A DNA stretch of 63,924 bases, counting the filler, from Octopus bimaculoides (taxonomy: Eukaryota), in assembly GCF_001194135.2 (NCBI RefSeq). It is 6 parts of 6 records of this genome, joined end to end, with 100 filler letters (N's around TTAATTAATTAA, not from the genome) between each part and the next. Parts side by side here need not be neighbours in the genome. Positions count along the whole stretch, not along the records: positions 29,728 to 48,853 come from NC_068992.1; positions 48,954 to 57,112 come from NC_068987.1; 4 more parts are not named here. The stretch is one strand, 5' to 3'. Positions 38,585 to 49,004 of the stretch are shown here, piece after piece. The notes beneath the pieces are model-generated. The model did no database searches and was not told the DNA's origin. It was given only the letters and a program-made list of their open reading frames with translations. The position numbers and the translations under genes were made by a program. The stretch's first letter is position 1, and every line of letters begins with the position of its first letter.

Positions 38585-38816
38585 ATGCTCAGGTGTTTGT
38601 GTGGCCAATCCTTGTCTGGTAAACGCGTTTATATAACGCGTCGGATTCCTATGGCCGGGATCTATGTGCTGTTAAATGAGGGTATAACAGTGAAATCATG
38701 GGCCTCGGACGAAATAATGCCCAGGGACAAGTTACTGGAAGTCTTAAAGGATGGCTACGATGGATTACTGTGTACCATCGCAGAAAGCGTCAGCACGGAG
38801 ATCCTAGATGCAGCCG
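38585..38816 (+). CDS. GRHPR: First coding exon of a glyoxylate reductase/hydroxypyruvate reductase (D-2-hydroxyacid dehydrogenase family); partial gene
   Basis: Translation MLRCLCGQSLSGKRVYITRRIPMAGIYVLLNEGITVKSWASDEIMPRDKLLEVLKDGYDGLLCTIAESVSTEILDAA-G matches the GRHPR N-terminus as recalled (KVFVTRRIP...EQWDSDEPIP...[21 protein letters not shown]). It ends at a phase-1 donor G|GTAAAT (GT at 38817-38818). An alternative acceptor CAG at 38590-38592 cannot be excluded. Confidence 0.85.
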
Positions 38817-38942
38817 GTAAATAACATATTTATCCTCAATATATTTCTTTGTTATAGTGTCCATCCGTTATTGTTTTTGTTCTCACGTTCTCACTTAAGG
38901 TCGCTCTGAACTCTAGGGTCTTACAAGCAGCGAGTTTTAGTT

Positions 38943-40420
38943 TTACAGAGTACTTCCGGCAAAACCACCTCGTGAAGATACATTCCCCAGGCTGACATAA
39001 GCAGCAGCAGAATAACAGATAATATTCACACCTGAAGACTTTCTTAACATTGGAAATAATGTGGAATCTTTCGTTAAGCTTTGATAATGCTTTATTAGAT
39101 TTAAACAGAATCCTTGCTTTGGGGAATTTTCCATCATTGGCTTTTTACAAACAAATGCCACGCATGGACGAGTTTGTGTTGATACCTACATCATCTGGTC
39201 TGCAATTTTTAAAATTTTTAATTCAGAATTTCTCATCCGCATTTCACTCATCATTCTTCCTTCATAATCTTCTTATTCTTTTTTCTACTGGAGATATGGA
39301 TAATATGTATATATCTGAGTGAAGGCGTGTGGCTTAGTGGTTCTGGTATTCGGCCCACGATCGCAAGGTCGTGAGTTCAATTCCCGGCGACGCGTTGTGT
39401 CCTTGAGCAAGACACTTTATTTCACGTTGCTCCAGTCCACTCAGCTGGCAAAAATGAATAGCACCTGTATTTCAAAGGGCCTGTCTTGACACTCTCTGTG
39501 TCACGCTGAATATCCCCGATAACTACGTTAGGGGTACATGTGTCTGTGGATTGCTCAGCCACTTGCACGTTAATTTCACGAGCAGGCTGTTTCCGTTGAT
39601 CGGATCAACTGGAACCCTCGTCGTCGTAACCTATAGAGTACCAGTATATATCTGAATCTACTGTGATTCCATTCTTGGATCGATTATCATTCAGTCCTAA
39701 GTACTCGAACGTTCTATTCTCATGATTGTTCCACTTCAAACTCCTTTCTCATTACTGTATTCATCTTCTCAAACATTTCATTTCCACAGAATACAAAATC
39801 ATCCGCCATCATTGCCTAGAATACCCATCAGTTTCCTCCATACACTATATCAGAGAAATAAAGCAATATCATAAACACCCACAACTCGCTCTACTTTGAT
39901 CAGTATAAAACTGACCTTATACAATGACCAAAGTGAATCATTCAACCCATGCATACATCTATTCAGTTTCAGATACGGCCTAAGGAACACCTCTCTCCTG
40001 TATATCGCCCTACAAAAATGTTGTGGTGAAATCAAAAGTCTGCCCTCACCAATTCATAACTGGTACACTTAGCATTATTAAGCGCATGTCTGATCATATC
40101 ATTACGTTTCAGGACAGCTGACAAATCAAGCAGAACCGAGTGTGTGGTAACAATAGAGCTAAATACAAATTCACATATACAATGTCCTGAGTAATTCTGG
40201 TGTATTTTTTGCACTAGTAACCCAATGGAGGGCTGTCTTTGGTCCACATTTCCCATCTTCTAATGTTTGCTGCACTGCTTCCGTCACTAACAAGTTCTGT
40301 CGCTCTACAATGCCATTTTTCAAACGGACTGTCTGCGGCAGTAGCACAAGTTTCAATGTTAAATTTTGCATTCATTTGCTTCTAATAATCAATGTTAAAC
40401 TCATCCACATTGATTACTTA
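38943..40420 (-). mobile_element. Decayed, internally deleted Ty1/Copia LTR retrotransposon pol (GalEa-like): integrase, RT and RNase H remnants
   Basis: Minus-strand frames give, in Copia order: NVDEFN (DNGGEFN-like), FNIETCATAADSPF/KNGIVERQN (integrase); MRLIMLSVPVMNW..FDFTTTFL*GDI, LKLNRCMHGLND, MADDFVFCGNEMF (RT, YVDD-equivalent); IADQMM*VSTQTRPCVAF, LFKSNKALSKL, IICYSAAAYVSLGNVSSRGGF (RT end/RNase H). Many stops and frameshifts; interrupted by a SINE at 39319-39643. Confidence 0.8.
39319..39643 (+). mobile_element. tRNA/CORE-like SINE, family B (family A tail), inserted in the Copia relic
   Basis: tRNA-like head, central tgtgtccttgagcaagacacttta...cagctggcaaaaatga (MIR-CORE-like), then the family A tail; 12-bp TSD gtatatatctga (39307-39318 / 39644-39655). 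Confidence 0.9.
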
Positions 40421-40469
40421 AAAAGAAAAAAAAATTACGACTAGTAATTCTAAAATGAGATTTTTTTTT

Positions 40470-40655
40470 TATTTGTTTCAGTCATTTGACTGCGGCCATG
40501 CTGGAGCACCACCTTTAGTCGAGCAAATCGACCCCAGGACTTATTCTTTGTAAGCCTAGTACTTGTTCTATCGGTCTCTTTTGCCGAACCGCTAAGTTAC
40601 GGGGACGTAAAAACACCAGCATCGGTTGTCAAGCGATGTTGGGGGGACAAACACA
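40470..40655 (-). mobile_element. SINE family D tail (near-consensus)
   Basis: Reverse complement nearly identical to 27560-27750; abuts a gap. Confidence 0.85.
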
Positions 40656-41269
40656 NNNNNNNNNNNNNNNNNNNNNNNNNNNNNNNNNNNNNNNNNNNNN
40701 NNNNNNNNNNNNNNNNNNNNNNNNNNNNNNNNNNNNNNNNNNNNNNNNNNNNNNNNNNNNNNNNNNNNNNNNNNNNNNNNNNNNNNNNNNNNNNNNNNNN
40801 NNNNNNNNNNNNNNNNNNNNNNNNNNNNNNNNNNNNNNNNNNNNNNNNNNNNNNNNNNNNNNNNNNNNNNNNNNNNNNNNNNNNNNNNNNNNNNNNNNNN
40901 NNNNNNNNNNNNNNNNNNNNNNNNNNNNNNNNNNNNNNNNNNNNNNNNNNNNNNNNNNNNNNNNNNNNNNNNNNNNNNNNNNNNNNNNNNNNNNNNNNNN
41001 NNNNNNNNNNNNNNNNNNNNNNTATATCCACAATAAAAATATATTCCAAATAATCTTCACTATTTTCTTTATTTTGATTACACTTGTAGCAGAGAATCTA
41101 AATCTGGCATCAGACAGATGCAGACTACAGGATATTTTATCAATGCGCTTCGTCACGTCAAGACAAACAACGATAGAGTTTCCTTCCGAAGAGATAATCT
41201 CACCGCTGGTCTCACTGGAGATCTTCTAAACTTGTGAAAAATCTGACAATTTTTTATCTGTTTTTTTTT

Positions 41270-41690
41270 TTTTACTAATTGTCAGTCATTAAACTGCGGC
41301 CATGCTGGGGCACCACCTTGAAGAATTTTTTGTCAAATGAATCGATCCCAGCACTTAATTTTTAAAGCCTGGTACTTATTGTATCAGTCTGTTTTGCTGA
41401 ACTGCTAAGTTAATGGGACGTAAACACACAAACACCGGTTGTCAAGAGGTGGTGAAGGAGAAAAACACAGACAAAAAGACACAAGCACGCGCGCGCGCGT
41501 GTGTCTATATGTATATATATATATATATATATACGATGGGTTTCTTTCAGTTTGTGTCTACCAAATCCATTCACTAAATTTTGGTTGGTCCGAGGTTATA
41601 GTAAAAGGCCTTTTCCCAAGGTGCCACGCAGTGGGATCGAACACAGAACCATGTGGTTGAGAAAGCAACCCCCTTACCATATAGCAACAC
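41270..41690 (-). mobile_element. SINE family D (full length, diverged)
   Basis: Reverse complement aligns to 27292-27760, including the internal TA/TG tract. Confidence 0.85.
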
Positions 41691-41741
41691 TTCATAATTC
41701 CAAAAATTCATAATTCTTGATGTTTTATTCTTCCGATCTAA

Positions 41742-42404
41742 GAACACCAATTTTTCTTTAAAGCAGTGTTTCTCAACAGGAGTCCATAAGATCCTTAGGA
41801 GCCGATAAGGTCCTTAGGGGTCCATATTGCTCTTAAGGGTCAACATAAGATTTTGGTGTAAGAATTTATGGTGCTATTAAGTTAGACATGGCCTGGACCA
41901 ATCTTTGGTCAAAGCATCTAAGTGTATATATATATATTTTTTTTTTTTTTTTTTTTTTTTTNNNNNNNNNNNNNNNNNNNNNNNNNNNNNNNNNNNNNNN
42001 NNNNNNNNNNNNNNNNNNNNNNNNNNNNNNNNNNNNNNNNNNNNNNNNNNNNNNNNNNNNNNNNNNNNNNNNNNNNNNNNNNNNNNNNNNNNNNNNNNNN
42101 NNNNNNNNNNNNNNNNNNNNNNNNNNNNNNNNNNNNNNNNNNNNNNNNNNNNNNNNNNNNNNNNNNNNNNNNNNNNNNNNNNNNNNNNNNNNNNNNNNNN
42201 NNNNNNNNNNGAACACCAATTTTTCTTTAAAGCAGTGTTTCTCAACAGGAGTCCATAAGATCCTTAGGAGCCGATAAGGTCCTTAGGGGTCCATATTGCT
42301 CTTAAGGGTCAACATAAGATTTTGGTGTAAGAATTTATGGTGCTATTAAGTTAGACATGGCCTGGACCAATCTTTGGTCAAAGCATCTAAGTGTATATAT
42401 ATAT
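41742..42404 (+). repeat. 194-bp exact direct duplication across an N-gap (41742-41935 / 42211-42404)
   Basis: Identical text on both sides of the gap; contains a hAT-like terminus cagtgtttctcaac. Confidence 0.9.
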
Positions 42405-42407
42405 GTA

Positions 42408-43273
42408 AGGGTGTTCGGGTTGAATTTGATGGTTTTTTTGTCTCCTTTTCTCAGGAATGGCTTGATGTACCAGTGAACTGTTGGCCGCGGTGGGCAGCAT
42501 AAAGATTAAAGTTGTAGTTAAGGAAAAGTTAGCTGATATGGAGGACTGGAAGCCATCTGAATATTGGAAAAGAGTTACCTGTATTACGATGATACGCGCC
42601 AGATATCAAAATGCCAACATTATTATGACTGCTGCTCAATGTTCTGTGAACTCTGTAAAAGCTGTAAATCGCAATAGGAATAGCTGCGATGGATACGAAG
42701 TCGTGGCCAGCAGGAAGGAACACAACAGGCCTTCTGACTGTCTGCATATCAGAATTCATCCAACAACTGCAAGACAAGAAACTTTGGCTTAACTAAGACA
42801 GCTATGTGAAGCTCTTGGGGCTGTTGGTTGTAAAACCCTCCCTGGAGAGCCATATGTGTGGCAGTGGGATTCGGCTCTTTAAAATACCTCCGAAGAGATT
42901 CTGAAGTGTTCGTCGGAGAATTTCTACGATTCCACCTGCTCCAGTTTCTAACCTCGTAATTGTTATTCCATAGATTGCTATGTGTGAGGCGCAGTTTAGA
43001 AAGACACTTACCGCTCTGCCTGCAATTCCAAGGCCGAACTGGTTTCCCAAGATCAAGGAGGTGTTCGAAGACCTTCACAGAGACCCAGTGAAGAACGCAC
43101 GCATCGGGTTCCGGAGCTGTCTTGAGGCCATGGTGGAAGCTGAGGGCAGTTACTTTGAGTAAACTGCTATCAACCAACCATAATCTAGTTGGTATTTTTT
43201 TTTTCAAAATACTTTTAAGGGCATATCGTGTTTTCTTTTCCTTTGCAAACTCTCAAGTTTAGCTCAAAACCCT
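42408..43273 (+). mobile_element. Internally deleted Tc1/mariner-superfamily transposon, DD37D (maT)-like
   Basis: N-terminal remnant (ORF 42481-42792) joined to a catalytic C-terminus GEPYVWQWDSA...SENFYD...IDCYV*GAV*KDT...KIKEVFEDL..VKNA..FRSCLEAMVEAEGSYFE*. Imperfect TIRs (agggtgttcgggttgaatttga vs agggttttgagctaaacttga on the opposite strand) flanked by TA. Confidence 0.75.
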
Positions 43274-43719
43274 ATATATATATACGCTGGATTGGTCTGT
43301 TAAGACGTCCTACCCACCCCTGGCGACAATGGCTATTAGTGAATTAGAACTATGCAGACACAAAGATCGGTTAAATGCTATGTTTTGTCTGTTTAATTAT
43401 TTGTGTCTAGTTTTCCTTTTTTCTTATTGTTTTATCATTTTTTTCTCACCAATGTTGCAGATGTAATACTGATGCGATGTAATATACCTAATGTATCATA
43501 TCATAGTATATCCGACAATAGTATAAAAGTTTTGTTTGGTAAAGCGGAGATGAAACAATTGAAGTGTTATGCAATAAAGCACGTTTGCTCAATCCAATCT
43601 CGCTTGTTTACACTTTTATATTTGAAGCCATAAGCTTTAAACTTATATAAAAATACCATTATTATTATTATTTACAGGATTACAATGTTGGCGCCGTATA
43701 AAAAAAACCATTCGCACCG

Positions 43720-43902
43720 AAACAGGAGTGGCTATGTGGTAAGTAGCTTGCCTACCAACCACATAGTTCCGGGTTCAGTCCCACTGCTTGGCACCTTGGG
43801 CAAGTGTCTTCTACTATAGCCTCGGGCCGACCAATGCCTTGTGAGTGGATTTGGTAGGCGGAAACTGAAAGAAGCCCGTTGTATATATGTATGTATATAT
43901 AT
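43720..43902 (+). mobile_element. SINE family D head
   Basis: High similarity to 27292-27480; runs into a TA tract and a gap. Confidence 0.85.
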
Positions 43903-44309
43903 NNNNNNNNNNNNNNNNNNNNNNNNNNNNNNNNNNNNNNNNNNNNNNNNNNNNNNNNNNNNNNNNNNNNNNNNNNNNNNNNNNNNNNNNNNNNNNNNNN
44001 NNNNNNNNNNNNNNNNNNNNNNNNNNNNNNNNNNNNNNNNNNNNNNNNNNNNNNNNNNNNNNNNNNNNNNNNNNNNNNNNNNNNNNNNNNNNNNNNNNNN
44101 NNNNNNNNNNNNNNNNNNNNNNNNNNNNNNNNNNNNNNNNNNNNNNNNNNNNNNNNNNNNNNNNNNNNNNNNNNNNNNNNNNNNNNNNNNNNNNNNNNNN
44201 NNNNNNNNNNNNNNNNNNNNNNNNNNNNNNNNNNNNNNNNNNNNNNNNNNNNNNNNNNNNNNNNNNNNNNNNNNNNTATATATATATATATATATATATA
44301 TATCATATT

Positions 44310-44530
44310 CTTTTATTCTTTTGTTTGTTTCAGTCATTTGACTGCGACCATGCCGGAGCACCGTCTTGAAGGGTTTCAGTTGAAGAAATCAACCCCGGCA
44401 CTTATTTTCTAAGCCTAGTACTTATTCTATCGGTCTGTTTTGTTGAACGGCTAAGTTACGGGGACGCAAACACATCAACACCGATTGTCAAGCGGTGATG
44501 GGGGGGACAAACACAGACACAAAGACACGC
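44310..44530 (-). mobile_element. SINE family D tail
   Basis: Reverse complement of the family D tail. Confidence 0.8.
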
Positions 44531-44582
44531 AACATATACAACACACACACACAAATTGTAAAGTGACTTTATGGACACCTTG

Positions 44583-44636
<54 letters not shown>

Positions 44637-44832
44637 GTAGGTTAAGTATAAAGAATGACTTGCCGAGTACCGCTTTCGTACTCGGTTGAAGTGACCACCA
44701 AATGTGTACAAGAATGTAATCGTTTACTTAACACATGGGAAAGATAAGCATGCATTTTCAAAGAACCATGAAGTAGTGAAGATGGAAATTTATCATGAAG
44801 AAGTAGACAATCGGTTATTCTTGCGTGCAATA

Positions 44833-45050
44833 TACGAGGGGTGCCAAACGTTCCAGGCTTTGGATAAAAGAAAATAGAGGAGGATCAGTTAATTCTGATT
44901 TTATCAACATATTCCCCTCTCAGACTCACACACTTATTGCAGCGGTCCTTCAGTTTTTCTAAGCCCTGTAAAAGAACTCGGAAGGTTGTACCTCCAGCTA
45001 GGACTTTCGCAATACCCTTAAAGCCAAGGACTTTTCTGCACTCCCTCGTA
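44833..45050 (-). mobile_element. Mariner-derived MITE (copy 1)
   Basis: TIRs tacgaggggtgcc.../...gcactccctcgta with TA ends. Internal minus-strand sequence retains the last transposase codons (EKLKDRCNKCV.LRGEYV). Confidence 0.75.
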
Positions 45051-45277
45051 CATACATGTGTGTGTGGGGGAGTATATATATTTGGGTTTTACAGAAAAAC
45101 AAAAGGCGGAGACAGGTGTATAAACAACAAACAGGTGTATTAGTTTAACGTTCGGGAAGGTGGGAAAGTCTTTTACGTTTCGAGTGTACGCTCTTCAACA
45201 GAAAGGAACACGAGGAAATAAACAGAGAGAGAGAGAGAGAGAGAGAGAATTTTAAAAAAAAGCTTTAGGGACTAGCA

Positions 45278-45496
45278 GTCAGGGTTGCTAAAAAGTTCCT
45301 GGCTTTGGTTAAAAGAAAATACAAGAGGATCAGTTAATTATGATTTTATTCATCATATTCCGCTCTCAGATTCACACACTTATGGCATCGGTCCTTCAGT
45401 TTTTCTAAGCCCTATAAAAGAACTCGGAAGGTTGAACTTCCAACCAGGGCTTTAGTGATGCCCTTAAATCCAGGTACTTTTCAGCACCCCTTCGTA
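45278..45496 (-). mobile_element. Mariner-derived MITE (copy 2)
   Basis: Aligns along its length to 44833-45050 in the same orientation; ends ...ttcagcaccccttcgta. Confidence 0.75.
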
Positions 45497-46038
45497 TATG
45501 CTCCACCGGATATGGTTATAAAGTATGCAAACTGTGATGTGCACAAAATTTTAAGGCACTTTTCTCCTACACTGATCGTATTGACAAATTCCAATACTTG
45601 GCATCAAATCTCTTTGTAATCAGTATCACTTTTATGTTGGGTTCCATTCATTCACGATTGTGATTCTGCTTTTGGATCCAAGCGTTTCTAATTAATGGAC
45701 ATGAGTGCTACATGGATGTCTTTTAAGAGCTTGTTGCTGTTGCTGTTGTTGTTGTTGTTGTACTTATTTTATTGACGCCAGAAGGATGAAAAGTAAAGTT
45801 GACCTCGCTGGCATTCGAACACAAAACGTAAAAAGCGGCTATATGCATTTTGTCCAGCGTGCTAACGGTTCTGCTAGCTCACTACTTTAACTTCCCAAAT
45901 TTTGGCACAAGGCCAGAAGTTACGAGAGAATGGATAAGTCGATTACATCGACCCCCATTTTCCAAACACACAGACAAAACGACTCAGACGAGCGACTACG
46001 ATAACCCTGCTTCGCTTCTGCGCGCAGGGTTAATAATA

Positions 46039-46690
46039 CTAGCGGTCACTCGGCCTTCGCCCGTTCTGTACTGTACTCAAATGTATCCATAAGGCATCTA
46101 TAGTAATGCCCATGTGTCAGATCGTAGTTAAAGGCTACTAGTCGCCACTCTTCACGAGAAAAATAACTAAATTCCAACCTGACATGTCATTGCTCTGACG
46201 TTTCCTGTTCTCTTGGAGCGAGCATTCCTGGCTGCATTACTTTGAAGTTGTTCTGTTAATGCCTGTTCTTTTAAGTGGGCTTGCCTATCGGCTTGAGACT
46301 CCAATCTCCGTCTGGTGTCTCTTGTTCCCTCAAGCGGGCTTACCTGGTTGTTCCAAACTGAAGTTATATTTCTCGTTGCGCTTGTGTCTCTACGGCATTC
46401 CGTTGTCTCTGAGAATGGAGCTTGTCCTGCCTTTCCTGTTGTCTTTCCCTAGCCCTTCGATTTCTGGAGCGTCGAGTTTCAGATGATTGAAACGTATTGT
46501 TGTCTTCTAAGCATAATACTGAATGCTGTAAATCAAAATATCTAAAAAAAAAATAATAAATAAAATAAAAAATATATCCTGTAACATTCAATTCATTCTT
46601 TGTTTCTAAATTCACTCATGCGGCTTTATTTCATCCAACTACCAAGCTGCATGAACATTTGTCCAGTATAACAATTATAACTTTTATAGA
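46039..46690 (-). mobile_element. Non-autonomous Helitron-like element
   Basis: Minus strand begins A|TCTATAAAAG (46690) and ends cgggcgaaggccgagtgaccgCTAG|T (46039), i.e. a GC-rich subterminal motif + CTAG in an A^T site. Internal remnant ETRRSRNRRARERQQERQDKL...ETQAQREI resembles the ETxEQRxxRL repeats of RepHel N-termini. Confidence 0.6.
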
Positions 46691-46785
46691 TATCACCAAA
46701 CTTCACTTCAAAAAACGAAAACACGATTGCTTCGAACCATAGCACATGTAACACAAGGAATGTTCAAATAACGATATAGTTGAAG

Positions 46786-46851
<66 letters not shown>

Positions 46852-47069
46852 CATACATACTTACATACAAACCGATTTGTACAGTATCACACCTGATCTT
46901 ACCAATCGGTTTCGCACTTGGGATTCAGCGGAGTATTAACAGCTCGATTATGTAACTGTGCGCTCTTCAGAGTGTCCAATAACACTATCCGTATCACGTC
47001 CTCACTTTGTTGTTTATTTTGTTATTGTTTTTTTGAACTTATATATATATATATATATATATACATACA

Positions 47070-48130
47070 TAGGGATGCCCCTTGAGTTGTCCTTAGAAAG
47101 CTAGATGTTCCCGAAAAGATGCTTAATATCATCATTTCTTTCATCAAGGGATGATGGCTTCTGTTAGATCTAGCGGGTACATGTCGGATTCATTCACAGT
47201 CTCAAATAGGACAAAACAAGGTTATGTTCTTGCACGACTCTTATTTGCCTTGTATTTCTCCGCCATGTTGAAAACAGCGTTCGTGAGTATTAAAGAAGAA
47301 GTATAGTTTAAGTACAGAACCGGTGATGGCTTGTTCAACCAACACTTCTTCAAAGCAAAAGCTAAGACTTTGGTGCAAACAGTTCTATATTTTCTCTTCG
47401 AAGACGATTGTCCACTTGCATGTCTTGAGGACATGCAATGGATTCGCGTGCATCGAAGGCTTCTGGTATGACCATCAGCATCCAGAAAACTGAGCTTGTC
47501 CATCAGCCCTTTTGTGGTCATCTTCCCACTGTTGCCCCTTCTGTATATGTTGATAGGAAAGCATTAAAAGCTGCTTCCTCCTTCACTTATCCTGGTTCCA
47601 GTGTGTCCAATAATGCTAAGGTGGATATAGAAATTGAGTCCAGAATCGGGAAGGCTAATTCCATTTTCGGTAAGCTTTGGAACAGCCACGACGTATCGTT
47701 GAAGGTGAAAGTCAATGTTTATAGGTCAGTGGTTTTGACAATATTGCATTACGGTGCTGAATCTTAGACCCTGTACCAAAAAGCACATCAACCAGTGTGA
47801 CATTTTTTATGTGCAATGCTTGCGTAATTCTCCATAAAACCGAGTGACTATATTCGTTACAGTGAGATGCTAACAAAATGTAACATATCAGATATTGAAG
47901 CCATCCACATCAAATTACAGCTTAGATGGTCAAGTCATGTCTCACGTATGAGTGACATCAGAATTCCGAAGCAACTTCAAGACAAACTAAAAGACAATCT
48001 CAAATGATACACATCTCCTTCTCTTCCTGGGAAAACAAAGCATCAGAACACAGGACCTGGTGTCAGTCCTGCTTCTCTACAGTTCAAAGATTTGAGCAAA
48101 TTCGACTCCAACATCAGGACCAACTTTATG
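47070..48130 (+). mobile_element. Decayed RTE-clade (BovB-like) LINE RT fragment
   Basis: Peptides VPEKMLNIIISFHQGMMASV, NRTKQGYVLARLLFALYFSAML, YRTGDGLFN, FLFEDDCPL, GMTISIQKTE, FTYPGS, IESRIGKANSIFGKL, KVNVYRSVVLTILHYGAES, QLRWSSHVSRMSDIRIPKQL match RTE RT motifs. Many disablements. Confidence 0.85.
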
Positions 48131-48396
48131 CAAGCATGAAGGCTCGCCGACAAAACGCTGCTCCTCTTATGTAGTTTTGTCGCACGAACTAAAGCAGGTG
48201 TTGCCGTCCACCCAAGAAAACACATAGTGAATGATCCACAAGCACTCGAGCAAATTGAGTCCTCAACTTGATCCCTTTGCCAAAAGGTTTGCAAGGCCTC
48301 AAGAGATACATTCGTGTCCATAGAACATGATCAACGCTTTATTTTACTGAATCCTCATCTGTCGTTCACTTCGAGAGAATCCATCATACATACATT

Positions 48397-48434
<38 letters not shown>

Positions 48435-48853
48435 CATGTGTGGTTAATGGATAATAAAACGAATGGTTTATACCTGGTAGCTTATCATGAAAGACGGAAG
48501 ATGAAATCTATGCTAGATGTGTGGAAACAATTGTCGTGATTAATAATGAATTCTCGTATATTCCATCTTCCGTCTTTCATTTGGCATAAATATATGTGTG
48601 TATATATATACATATACGTATATATGTATACCCCCCCTCGTCCCCCTTACATTATATCCATTATTCTCTTGTTATTAGACTTACTTTTTTCTACTTTTTA
48701 TCTCACCACTACCTACACGCACAAATACCCACACACCTTACATATATACCGCCCACATACATGACAAACATACATACGCGCCCTCACACACACATAGCCG
48801 AACGCACATATATACACACACACACCCATATATACGCGCACGCCTACATACAC

Positions 48854-48953
48854 NNNNNNNNNNNNNNNNNNNNNNNNNNNNNNNNNNNNNNNNNNNNTTA
48901 ATTAATTAANNNNNNNNNNNNNNNNNNNNNNNNNNNNNNNNNNNNNNNNNNNN
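48854..48953. other. Artificial scaffold-join spacer
   Basis: 44 N + TTAATTAATTAA (48898-48909) + 44 N. Confidence 0.95.

Positions 48954-49004
<51 letters not shown>

Noticed and set aside
41742-42404. 194-bp tandem duplication as a biological event
   Set aside because: 100% identical and flanking a gap; most likely unmerged overlapping contig ends.
45598-45655. ASNLFVISITFMLGSIH as GRHPR exon 2 (cf. NLKVISTMSVGIDH)
   Set aside because: No AG acceptor at the required phase, and similarity is limited to five residues.
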